Positions 9,283 to 17,390 of a stretch of DNA of 32,000 nucleotides are shown here, piece by piece. The stretch is taken from sequence record KU682439.2; one strand, 5' to 3'. Under the pieces are notes generated by a model. It was not told the DNA's origin, did no database searches, and was given only the letters and a program-made list of their open reading frames with translations. The stretch is from Stenotrophomonas phage vB_SmaS-DLP_6. The position numbers and the translations under genes are program-made. Positions within the stretch are counted from its first letter, which is position 1, and each line of letters begins with the position of its first letter.

Positions 9283-10933
9283 GAAGCGCGTCCTCGTTAT
9301 CCCGGCTGCTGGCTCCGGTCAGCGGTTCCGGGAACTGGGAAAGAAGTACCCGAAGTGCATCCTGCCGGTATCCGGCTCGCCGATCATCGCGCACATCGTC
9401 GGCGCTTTCACTGAATCCTACGACCATCCGATCTTTGATCAGGTGGTCATTTCCACAGGTTCAGCAGAACACAAAGAACAGATCGAGGGCGCATTGGCAT
9501 CCTCGAAATTCAACACACCCGTGTCCGTGGTGCTTGTTGACGTGCCCGCTACAGTGAAGCCGTCTCCGGCTATTTCGCTGGCAGCTGCGTGCTCTGAGGC
9601 AGTGAGCATTCTTGGTGAAGACTGTGACGTCACCGTGTTCCTCAGCGACATGCTGCCTTCGCGCAGCCACACTGTGGATCAGGTTGTTGCTATGCACACC
9701 GACACGTGGGGCGTTGTTCCGAAGGATGACAACGACTTCGCGCGCTGGTGTATGGTAGAGCGCTCGCCGCACGGGCTGATGTTCTTCGATAAGCCAGAGA
9801 CGAAGCCGGACACGGATCTGGCTGCTGTCGGCGTCTATCGCTACAGCTCGGCTTGCGACATCGTCATGGCTGTTGAACAACTCCTTGGCTTTGGCAACGG
9901 GATTATCCCGGAGTGCTGGACGAAGGAAGAGATGCAGTTCAGTCATCTTGCAACTGTTTACCAGCGCGCCTTCAATCACGTACTGACTCTCCATGAGTAC
10001 AGCGCGGATGAGTTCCGCGACTTCGGTACGTTGGAAGAATACCTCGCCAACAAGGGTCTGTCGCGTTGTCGCAGCTTCAACCGCATCGTTGACAACGGTC
10101 GCACGATCACGAAGCTCTCCAAGCAGTACACGAAGATCCGCGACGAAGCCGTCTGGATGCTGCACGCTCCACATCAGATCGCGTCGTACATCCCTCGCGT
10201 GATCCGCAGCGATCTCCAGAACGGTACTGTTGAGATGCAGAAGATCCGCTCCAACAACCTTCGCGACGTCGCGTTGTACCTCGACAACTCGTATGAGACA
10301 TGGGTTGAGATCTTCCAGAACATCGACGGATACTTGGAAGCCACGCGTGCTACCAAGGTGAACTACGAGTTCAATGTCGAGTTCTGGGATTCGATGGAGC
10401 GTAAGACGAATGCGCGCGCCGAGGGTCTGGTCGGTACCACGCATCAGGACTGGTTGAAGAACGAGTTCCCGAAGGCTATCAAGATCCTGCGGGCGAAGGG
10501 TTCTGCGGATCCGGTCGTCTACTACCACGGTGACCTGCACTTCGCGAACATGTTCTACTGCTTCACGTACAAGGACTTGCACGTCATCGACCCTCGTGGC
10601 GAGATGCGCGGTTCCAGCTTCTATGACATCGCCAAGCTGGCGCATACCGCGATCGGTCGCTACGATTACATCGACGCGGACATGTACGTCATGGGACCAA
10701 ACGGTGCAGAGTTCTACGACGCCGGTCATGAGAACGTCGCGCGAGCCTTCCACGATGTCATCTTGAAGGGCTGGTCTGCCGACGATCTCTGGCTCCTGTA
10801 CACGCTCGTCGCGAGCCTGTTCCTGTCGATGATCCCGCTGCACGCTGACAACCGTCAACATCAGCAGCTGTTCTACCGCGAGTTTGAACGGTTCGTGAAG
10901 ATGGCTAAAACCTGCACGCCCATTGGTGTGTAA
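9242..10933 (+). CDS. Bifunctional NTP-transferase (nucleotidyltransferase) fused to APH/choline-kinase-like phosphotransferase
   Basis: N-terminus LVIPAAGSGQRFRELGKKYPKCILPVSGSPII is a pyrophosphorylase motif. C-terminus VVYYHGDLHFANMFYC...LHVIDPRGEMRG is a kinase catalytic and metal-binding motif. Confidence 0.82.
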   Translation: MQMTSSAISATTPKKRVLVIPAAGSGQRFRELGKKYPKCILPVSGSPIIAHIVGAFTESYDHPIFDQVVISTGSAEHKEQIEGALASSKFNTPVSVVLVDVPATVKPSPAISLAAACSEAVSILGEDCDVTVFLSDMLPSRSHTVDQVVAMHTDTWGVVPKDDNDFARWCMVERSPHGLMFFDKPETKPDTDLAAVGVYRYSSACDIVMAVEQLLGFGNGIIPECWTKEEMQFSHLATVYQRAFNHVLTLHEYSADEFRDFGTLEEYLANKGLSRCRSFNRIVDNGRTITKLSKQYTKIRDEAVWMLHAPHQIASYIPRVIRSDLQNGTVEMQKIRSNNLRDVALYLDNSYETWVEIFQNIDGYLEATRATKVNYEFNVEFWDSMERKTNARAEGLVGTTHQDWLKNEFPKAIKILRAKGSADPVVYYHGDLHFANMFYCFTYKDLHVIDPRGEMRGSSFYDIAKLAHTAIGRYDYIDADMYVMGPNGAEFYDAGHENVARAFHDVILKGWSADDLWLLYTLVASLFLSMIPLHADNRQHQQLFYREFERFVKMAKTCTPIGV

Positions 10934-10939
10934 ATACAC

Positions 10940-10951
10940 TATACTATGATC
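10940..10951 (+). promoter_or_regulatory. Putative -10-only element TATACTATGATC upstream of the TET gene
   Basis: TATACTATGATC at 10940-10951, no convincing -35. Confidence 0.3.
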
Positions 10952-10968
10952 CTGTTTAGGAGTGAGCA

Positions 10969-12315
10969 ATGACCCGTATCATCACAGCACCAACCAAGCA
11001 CAACTGCGACCACCTGCTTGGACAGTTCCTCGACGAAAGCCACTACGACATCCTGATCGATGAAGACTGCGACTTCTATGTCCCGAATTCGTCGCTCACC
11101 AGCGGCAACGGCGAGCACAACATCGCGTTCAAGCTTCGCAAGAACGTCTTTACTGCCGAAGAGCAGTTGGGCGCTTACGAAGGTTTGATCAACGCAGCAG
11201 GCGAGTCGCAGAACCGTGGTATGGCTGCTGGTCCGAAGGGCGCAAAGCTGCAGAACCGCGATTGGGTTACGGACTGGCAGCTTGCCGTCCTTGACACCCT
11301 GACCAATTCGCAGCAGCGCCTCGACGGTCAGGATCCGCTCAAGGTTCTGATCGCTGAGAAGAACAAGTTCAAGGAAGAGTCCACGCGTGGTCTGGTGTGG
11401 CTACGTTCCAAGATCGTGAAGGATGGCGAAGCCTACGAAGGCTTCTTCGACCGCTGGCTGGAGAAGGTCCTTGATCTCCCGGTCGCCGAACGTGCATCCG
11501 TGGCGGCTAGTTATGCTAAGACCTGCATTTCGCAGACGTCTTACGCAAATCCAGTCAACTCCGGCGTTGCCGGTTTCTACGACCGTTACCCGCGCTATCC
11601 GTATGGTCGCGTCTGCTCGTACAACCACAAGAACCCGGAACTGTTCGAGAAGAGCTTCGCTTACATCAAGAAGCTGGACGCCGAGTTCAAGAAGCTGCTT
11701 CCGGAACGCTATGCTGCACAAGCACGCGCTGCAGGAAACCTCGACAGCAAGTTCCGTATCGCAGGCGACACTGTCTTCACGACTCTGACGGTCAACAAGA
11801 CCTTCCGCACCGCAGCACATCTTGACGCCGGCGACCTCGGCGAAGGCTTCTCGAACCTCGGTGTCATCTTGCCGCCAGAAGGCAAGGGATACAAGGGCGG
11901 CTACCTCGTCCTGCCAGAGTACCGTGTTGCCATCAACGTCCGACCGGGCGATCTGCTGCTCATCGCCAACCACACTGCTATTCACGGTAACACTCCGATC
12001 CTGCCAGTCAGCGACGATTGCTGCCCGGAATGCATTGTCCGCATGAGCGTCGTCGCTTACTTCCGCGAGAACATGCTGGAGTTGGGTTCCTGGGAATATG
12101 AGACCGCGCGCCGCAACTATGTTGAGAGCCGCCGCCTCAATCAGGAACACCCGCTGTGGCGCCCGCTGTGGAACGGCGTTTCTGAGAAGATGTTCGAGCA
12201 GGACGAGTGGTACCAGTTCCTGCACTCGCAGCCGAATGGCGAAGCAATGTTGAAGCAGTACCATCCAGAAGCCATCCGTGAGAAGGCTGCAACCCTTGGA
12301 GATTTCTTTGTATGA
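10969..12315 (+). CDS. TET/JBP-family 2-oxoglutarate/Fe(II)-dependent dioxygenase
   Basis: TVNKTFRTAAHLDAGDLGEGFSNLGVI has HxD iron ligands. KGGYLVLPEYRVAINVRPGDLLLIANHTAIHGNTPI has the distal His, and RMSVVAYFRENM the 2OG-binding Arg. This is the TET/JBP signature. Confidence 0.9.
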   Translation: MTRIITAPTKHNCDHLLGQFLDESHYDILIDEDCDFYVPNSSLTSGNGEHNIAFKLRKNVFTAEEQLGAYEGLINAAGESQNRGMAAGPKGAKLQNRDWVTDWQLAVLDTLTNSQQRLDGQDPLKVLIAEKNKFKEESTRGLVWLRSKIVKDGEAYEGFFDRWLEKVLDLPVAERASVAASYAKTCISQTSYANPVNSGVAGFYDRYPRYPYGRVCSYNHKNPELFEKSFAYIKKLDAEFKKLLPERYAAQARAAGNLDSKFRIAGDTVFTTLTVNKTFRTAAHLDAGDLGEGFSNLGVILPPEGKGYKGGYLVLPEYRVAINVRPGDLLLIANHTAIHGNTPILPVSDDCCPECIVRMSVVAYFRENMLELGSWEYETARRNYVESRRLNQEHPLWRPLWNGVSEKMFEQDEWYQFLHSQPNGEAMLKQYHPEAIREKAATLGDFFV

Positions 12316-12869
12316 GTGAGCCATCCGATTACGGCGTTCCGACGCCACCGCAGCTGCAGCTGGTCGCAGACGATCATCCGCTGCTGTCCCAGAAACTGGA
12401 GGAGTTCGACTTCTCGAACCCTCCGACCGACCCGATTCAACTCGCTCAGCAACTCGCTGAGCTGATGGTCCGCTCTCGCGGCGTGGGTCTCTCTGCGAAC
12501 CAAGCCGGTCTGCCGTACCGTGTGTTCGTCCTGGCATCGAATCCGATCACTGCGTGCTTCAACCCGCGCATCGTCGATCAGGGTGACGAGCTGCTGCAGC
12601 TTGACGAAGGTTGCCTGTCCTATCCGGGTCTGGCAATCAAGATCAAGCGCCCGAAGAACATCAAGGTGCGCTACACCCTGCCGAACGGCGAAGTCGTGAC
12701 GCAGAAGTTCTCCGGCATCACCGCCCGCATCTTCCAGCATGAACTGGATCACATGAACGGTGAGAACTTCATCAATCGCGCTGGTCCGCTCGCCAAGCAA
12801 CGTGCTATGGAGAAGTGGAAGAAGACCAAGCGCCTCCTAAACCTCAAGAACAAGATGGGAATCAAGTAA
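12312..12869 (+). CDS. def: Peptide deformylase
   Basis: The three PDF motifs: GVGLSANQAG, EGCLSYPG, and HELDHMNG. Confidence 0.95.
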   Translation: MSEPSDYGVPTPPQLQLVADDHPLLSQKLEEFDFSNPPTDPIQLAQQLAELMVRSRGVGLSANQAGLPYRVFVLASNPITACFNPRIVDQGDELLQLDEGCLSYPGLAIKIKRPKNIKVRYTLPNGEVVTQKFSGITARIFQHELDHMNGENFINRAGPLAKQRAMEKWKKTKRLLNLKNKMGIK

Positions 12870-13219
12870 TGAAGACTGTGAAGATCAACCGCCTCAAGCT
12901 GCTGGTGCAGCTGAAGAAGAACCGCGAAACCCACATCGCGGAATTCAAGGAAGCGTGGGAGCTGTATCTGGCGGAAGCCGTCACCGAGCTGAAGTCGATG
13001 CTCAAGAGCGCGAAGGAAGGCAAGGTCCGCCATCACCTGGGTCTGGAAGTGCCGCAGTCCTACGAGTCGTCGTACGACCGCGCAATCTCGATGCTGGAAT
13101 GGTCGGAAGATGAGATCGTGGAACTGGACCACAACGAGTTCGAGTCCTACGTCCGTGACAACTGGAACTGGAAGCAGAACTTCACCATGCTGGCTGCTTC
13201 GTACAAGGGAGGCAACTGA
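12869..13219 (+). CDS. Conserved T4-type hypothetical protein
   Basis: Start at the TAATG overlap with def (the track start at 12815 is inside def). Ends in ELDHNEFESYVRDNWNWKQNF. Confidence 0.7.
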   Translation: MKTVKINRLKLLVQLKKNRETHIAEFKEAWELYLAEAVTELKSMLKSAKEGKVRHHLGLEVPQSYESSYDRAISMLEWSEDEIVELDHNEFESYVRDNWNWKQNFTMLAASYKGGN

Positions 13220-13521
13220 TGTACGATACCCCAATCAAGGTGTTCAAGCTCTCGACCGGTGAAGAAGTCATCGCCGAGTTGGTCAAGGAAGAAGACGACC
13301 ACTACTACTGCAAGATGCCGTTCGGCGTCGGTGTGAACCAGCAGCAGAACCTAGTCTTTGTGCCGTACATGCAGTACACTAATGCGGTGGAAGAGATCGT
13401 CTTCCACAAGCATCACGTCATGGTCACGGCTGACCCGATCGAGCAGATCTACAACGACTACATGGGCGCGACCCGCAAGATCTTCGTCCCGACCCGCCCG
13501 CTCCTGACGCCTGTCAAGTAA
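13219..13521 (+). CDS. Small T4-type protein, possible Sm-like beta-barrel
   Basis: KVFKLSTGEEVIAELVKEEDDHYYCKMPFGVG...VMVTADPIEQIYNDYMGATR, similar in layout to 3873..4259. Confidence 0.65.
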   Translation: MYDTPIKVFKLSTGEEVIAELVKEEDDHYYCKMPFGVGVNQQQNLVFVPYMQYTNAVEEIVFHKHHVMVTADPIEQIYNDYMGATRKIFVPTRPLLTPVK

Positions 13522-13529
13522 GGAATCCA

Positions 13530-14387
13530 ATGGAAATCAAAATCCAAGCCGAAGAGCTCGCGAAGCGCACGCTCTTCGTTGCCGCGCCAATGTACGGCGG
13601 CATGTGCCACGGTTCGTTCGCACGTTCGATGCAGGATCTGACGGCTACGTGCCTGAAGTACGGCATTGTCATGCGCACGTACTACCTGTTCAACGAATCG
13701 CTGATCACTCGCGCGCGCAACTATTGCGTTGACGAGTTCCTGCGCAGCGGCATGTCCCACATGATGTTCATCGACTCGGACATCGGCTTCAATCCGCAGG
13801 ACGTCATCGCACTCCTGGCGCTGCAGTCTGACGAGTCGCCGTATGACGTCATCGGCGGACCGTACCCGAAGAAGTGCATCTCCTGGGAAAAGATCAAGCA
13901 GGCTGTCGACAAGGGCGTCGCAGACAAGGATCCGAATCAGCTGGAGCACTTCGTCGGCGATTACGTCTTCAATCCGGTCTTCCCGGAAGGCGTTACCGAA
14001 GCTCGCATCTCGCTCGATGAGCCGGCAGAAGTGCTGGAGATGGGCACCGGCTTCATGATGATCCGTCGCAAGACGTTCGATCTGTACAAGGAAGCCTACC
14101 CGCAGTACAGCTACAAGCCGGACCACGTTCGCACTGCGAACTTTGACGGTTCGCGTGAGATCCATGCGTACTTTGACTGCATCATTGACCCGGTGTCGAA
14201 GCGTTACCTGAGCGAGGACTACATGTTCTGCCAGAACGTCCGCAATGCTGGCGGCAAGATTTTCCTCTGCCCGTGGATGCAGCTGACACACACCGGCACC
14301 TACACCTTTGGCGGTTCGCTGCAAGCCCTGGCATCTGTCGGCGCGCATGCAACTGCTGACACCTCGAAGCTTGGCTCGAAGAAGTAA
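13530..14387 (+). CDS. GT-A fold glycosyltransferase of T4-type phages
   Basis: SHMMFIDSDIGFNPQDVIALLAL has a DxD-like motif. Also DVIGGPYPKK, EVLEMGTGFMMIRRKTFD, and YLSEDYMFCQNVRNAGGKIFLCPWMQLTHTGTY. Confidence 0.78.
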   Translation: MEIKIQAEELAKRTLFVAAPMYGGMCHGSFARSMQDLTATCLKYGIVMRTYYLFNESLITRARNYCVDEFLRSGMSHMMFIDSDIGFNPQDVIALLALQSDESPYDVIGGPYPKKCISWEKIKQAVDKGVADKDPNQLEHFVGDYVFNPVFPEGVTEARISLDEPAEVLEMGTGFMMIRRKTFDLYKEAYPQYSYKPDHVRTANFDGSREIHAYFDCIIDPVSKRYLSEDYMFCQNVRNAGGKIFLCPWMQLTHTGTYTFGGSLQALASVGAHATADTSKLGSKK

Positions 14388-14408
14388 CCATTGGGAGAAT
14401 TTTCAGGT

Positions 14409-14651
14409 ATGATTGAAGTCGATAACACCAACGAAGTCAAGGCTGTACTGCGTGACATCTCGGATTTGATGACCAAGGCGGCGGACGCTCGCCAGAAGGT
14501 CACCGAAGCAATCGCTGGCGCTGCGGACGAACACGGCATCCCGAAGAAGATGCTCCGCAAGCTGGCTGTCACATACCACAAGCAGAACTTCGCTGAAGTT
14601 CAAGGTGAGAACGAAGAGTTCTCCGAGCTGTACGAAACCATCGTGAAGTAA
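14409..14651 (+). CDS. dsbA: DsbA-like double-stranded DNA binding protein
   Basis: HGIPKKMLRKLAVTYHKQNFAEVQGENEEFSELYETIVK matches the T4 DsbA C-terminus. ATG at 14409; the track start at 14391 is TTG. Confidence 0.72.
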   Translation: MIEVDNTNEVKAVLRDISDLMTKAADARQKVTEAIAGAADEHGIPKKMLRKLAVTYHKQNFAEVQGENEEFSELYETIVK

Positions 14652-14666
14652 CCAAGGAATTACAGA

Positions 14667-15338
14667 ATGAAGATTACCCAGCAAACCCTCTCCCTCCTGA
14701 AGAACTTCGCTGGCGTCAACGCCAGCATCCTGGTCAAGCCGGGCAAGGTTCTGAAGACCATCTCGCCACAGTCGAACATCATGGCTGAGGCTACTGTCGA
14801 GGAGTCCTTCCCGCAAGCGTTCGCCATCTACGATCTGAGCCAGTTCCTGAGCGCAGTGTCGCTGTTCGACGAGCCGGAACTGGACTTCCAGGAACAGTAC
14901 GTCCGCATCCATCAGGGCAATCGTGCGATCCGCTACTTCTTCGCCGATCCGTCGATGGTCAAGGGCGCATCCGACAAGAAGGTCACGCTCCCGAGCGTTG
15001 ACGTCGCATTCGATCTGACCGAGAAGCAGCTGAACGAGATCCTGAAGGCATCGAGCGTTCTGCAGCTGCCGGAAATCGCGGTTGTCAGCAACGGTGCCGG
15101 TTCGACCTGCGTCAAGGCTACGGATACGAAGAACAGCACGTCGAACGACTTCTCTGTCGAAGTCGATCACGAGTCGGACAACTCCTTCAAGCTGATCTTC
15201 AAGACCGAAAACCTGAAGATGATCGCTGGCGATTACAAGGTGGAGATCTGCGCACGCGGCGTCTCCCGCTTCTGGAACGAGAAGCTGAAGGTCGAGTATT
15301 TCATCGCGACCGAATCGACGAGCGAGTTCTCGAAGTAA
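14667..15338 (+). CDS. 45: Sliding clamp gp45
   Basis: KITQQTLSLLKNFAGVNASILVKPGKVLKTISPQSNIMAEATVEESFPQ...FAIYDLSQFLSAVSLF. Confidence 0.95.
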   Translation: MKITQQTLSLLKNFAGVNASILVKPGKVLKTISPQSNIMAEATVEESFPQAFAIYDLSQFLSAVSLFDEPELDFQEQYVRIHQGNRAIRYFFADPSMVKGASDKKVTLPSVDVAFDLTEKQLNEILKASSVLQLPEIAVVSNGAGSTCVKATDTKNSTSNDFSVEVDHESDNSFKLIFKTENLKMIAGDYKVEICARGVSRFWNEKLKVEYFIATESTSEFSK

Positions 15339-15346
15339 CAACTCTT

Positions 15347-15368
15347 GGCGGGAGCTTCGGCTCCCGCC
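15347..15368 (+). terminator. Hairpin after the clamp gene, terminator-like
   Basis: GGCGGGAGC-TTCG-GCTCCCGCC, a perfect 9-bp stem with a UUCG tetraloop. No strong U-tract follows. Confidence 0.65.
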
Positions 15369-15387
15369 TCCTACATAATGGTGCATC

Positions 15388-15561
15388 ATGGAAATCAAAT
15401 TCGATCAGTCGATTGATCCTAGATCCTTCAATCCTACCGGGCGTCTCATGGTCTATGACATTGATGTCGTTGATCTGTTGACTCGCAAGGAGAACGGGTC
15501 TGAATTGACTCTGAAAGAGTTTGCTGTCATTGTTCTTATTGAGGCTTCTCGAAATGCGTGA
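15388..15561 (+). CDS. Small hypothetical ORF (57 aa) between gp45 and gp44, absent from the track
   Basis: MEIKFDQSIDPRSFNPTGRLMVYDIDVVDLLTRKENGSELTLKEFAVIVLIEASRNA. It overlaps the gp44 start and fills the gap. Confidence 0.62.
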   Translation: MEIKFDQSIDPRSFNPTGRLMVYDIDVVDLLTRKENGSELTLKEFAVIVLIEASRNA

Positions 15562-16489
15562 AGAATTCCTGTGGGTTGAAAAGTACCGTCCTCGCACCGT
15601 CGCTGAGACGATTCTCCCTGACAACATCAAGGCAACGTTCCAGCAGTTCGTTGACCGTAACGAAATCCCGAACCTGATGCTGCCGGGCGGCGCAGGTACT
15701 GGCAAGACCACCATCGCTCGCGCGTTGTGTGAAGAGGTCGGAGCCGATTACATCATCATCAACGGCTCGATGAACGGCGGTATCGACACTCTCCGCAACG
15801 ACATCAAGAACTTCGCCTCGACCGTGTCCTTCTCCGGTGGGCGCAAGATCGTCATCCTCGACGAGGCTGACTACCTGACTCCGCAGACCCAGGCGGCTCT
15901 CCGCAACTTCATGGAAGAGTTCTCCAAGAACTGCGGCTTCATCCTGACGTGCAACTTCAAGAACCGCATCATCGCGCCGCTCCATTCGCGTTGCTCGGTC
16001 ATCGACTTCAAGATCGCGAACTCCGACAAGCCGAAGCTGGCTGCTCAGCTGCTGAAGCGGTGCGAGGACATCCTTGCGAAGGAAGGCGTGGACTATGACA
16101 AGCAGGCTCTTGCCGCTGTCATCATGAAGTTCTACCCGGACAACCGTCGAATCCTGAACGAGCTGCAGCGCTACGGCGCATCCGGCAAGATCGACAGCGG
16201 TATCCTCGCTGGCATGTCCAACGAGAACTTCCGTGATCTTGTGACGCTCGTGAAGGAGAAGAAGTGGAAGGATATGCGCAAGTGGGTTGGTGAGAACCTC
16301 GACACCGAGCCGACTTCGCTGATGCGCAAGTTCTACGATCAGGCGTTTGACTTGATCGAGCCGCAGTCCATCCCGACGATGGTTCTGCTGATCGCCGACT
16401 ACCAGTACAAGGCTGGCTTCGTCGCGGATCAGGAAATCAACCTTGTCGCGTTCCTGACTCAGTGCATGACTGAACTGGAGTTCAAATGA
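15554..16489 (+). CDS. 44: Clamp loader large subunit gp44
   Basis: FLWVEKYRPRTVAETILP, GGAGTGKTTIAR Walker A, IVILDEADYLTPQTQAALRNFMEE, and SRCSVIDF. ATG at 15554 preferred over the track start 15521. Confidence 0.94.
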   Translation: MREEFLWVEKYRPRTVAETILPDNIKATFQQFVDRNEIPNLMLPGGAGTGKTTIARALCEEVGADYIIINGSMNGGIDTLRNDIKNFASTVSFSGGRKIVILDEADYLTPQTQAALRNFMEEFSKNCGFILTCNFKNRIIAPLHSRCSVIDFKIANSDKPKLAAQLLKRCEDILAKEGVDYDKQALAAVIMKFYPDNRRILNELQRYGASGKIDSGILAGMSNENFRDLVTLVKEKKWKDMRKWVGENLDTEPTSLMRKFYDQAFDLIEPQSIPTMVLLIADYQYKAGFVADQEINLVAFLTQCMTELEFK

Positions 16490-16719
16490 TGAGCGAAGTC
16501 AAGATTGATCCGAAGCTGCTCGCAACCCTGCGCAAGAGCGTTCCTCTTGCGCTTGCGGAATCGCTGGTGCATGTGCAGCAGATGGATCCGACCGTTGTCC
16601 GCGATCTCTACAACAGCGGTATGACGACGGAACAGCTGAAGGCTGCTGGCTATGTGCCAGTCAGTAAGCTGGGTCTGATGTGGACGAAGCAGGAGAAGCC
16701 CGATGAAGGAACTAAGTGA
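16486..16719 (+). CDS. Hypothetical protein inserted between gp44 and gp62
   Basis: 77-aa ORF whose start overlaps the gp44 stop. Confidence 0.6.
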   Translation: MMSEVKIDPKLLATLRKSVPLALAESLVHVQQMDPTVVRDLYNSGMTTEQLKAAGYVPVSKLGLMWTKQEKPDEGTK

Positions 16720-16978
16720 CAACGAGATCAAAACGATCAAGCCATTGAGCGGTGTTGAGGCTATCCTATCTCAACCGACGATCCATGACGTGATCTTGGT
16801 CGGTGTGACTGACGAGGAAGGCATCCGCGAAATGAAGGACGAGGGGTTCGTTCCGCTCGGTTGGGATCCGAAAGACGGCGCTGAGCCGTTGGACATTGAG
16901 GCACTATATCATGGCACCGAAGAAGACCACTACGAAGACCGCCAAGCAGGCGGCAGTGAAGACGAAACCCAAGGGTGA
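16703..16978 (+). CDS. Hypothetical acidic protein between gp44 and gp62
   Basis: 91-aa ORF that overlaps both neighbours. Confidence 0.55.
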   Translation: MKELSDNEIKTIKPLSGVEAILSQPTIHDVILVGVTDEEGIREMKDEGFVPLGWDPKDGAEPLDIEALYHGTEEDHYEDRQAGGSEDETQG

Positions 16979-17390
16979 AGGTGCAGCGCCGAAGGAATTC
17001 GGCATCTTCGACTTCATCACTGCGGTGAGCGACACGAAGCGAGACCTGATCCGGGACAGTGAAAACCCGGAAGCCTGTGCGAAGCTGTACAGCCCGTTCA
17101 TGACGAACAAGGCTCTCAGCTTCCACGTGAGTTCGATCATCGATGCGAACATCATGAACGAGTGCGGTCACGTTGATCCGCAACTCCAGTTCGACTATTT
17201 GCTAAATAGTGTGCGCAAAGAAAAGCGTTTCTCGAAATGGTTTAAGCCTGAGGCGAATGAAGATCTTGACTTGATCAGCGAGCACTACCAGTGCAACAAG
17301 CGACGAGCTGAGGAAATCCTCTCCATCCTGACGAAAGACCAGATCGAGTACATCCGATCAACACACAGCACAGGTGGAGCTAAGAAATGA
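16911..17390 (+). CDS. 62: Clamp loader small subunit gp62
   Basis: AKLYSPFMTNKALSFHVSSIIDANIMNECGHVDPQLQFDYLLNSVRKEKRFSKWFK matches the T4 gp62 pattern. It is followed by regA. Confidence 0.8.
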   Translation: MAPKKTTTKTAKQAAVKTKPKGEGAAPKEFGIFDFITAVSDTKRDLIRDSENPEACAKLYSPFMTNKALSFHVSSIIDANIMNECGHVDPQLQFDYLLNSVRKEKRFSKWFKPEANEDLDLISEHYQCNKRRAEEILSILTKDQIEYIRSTHSTGGAKK

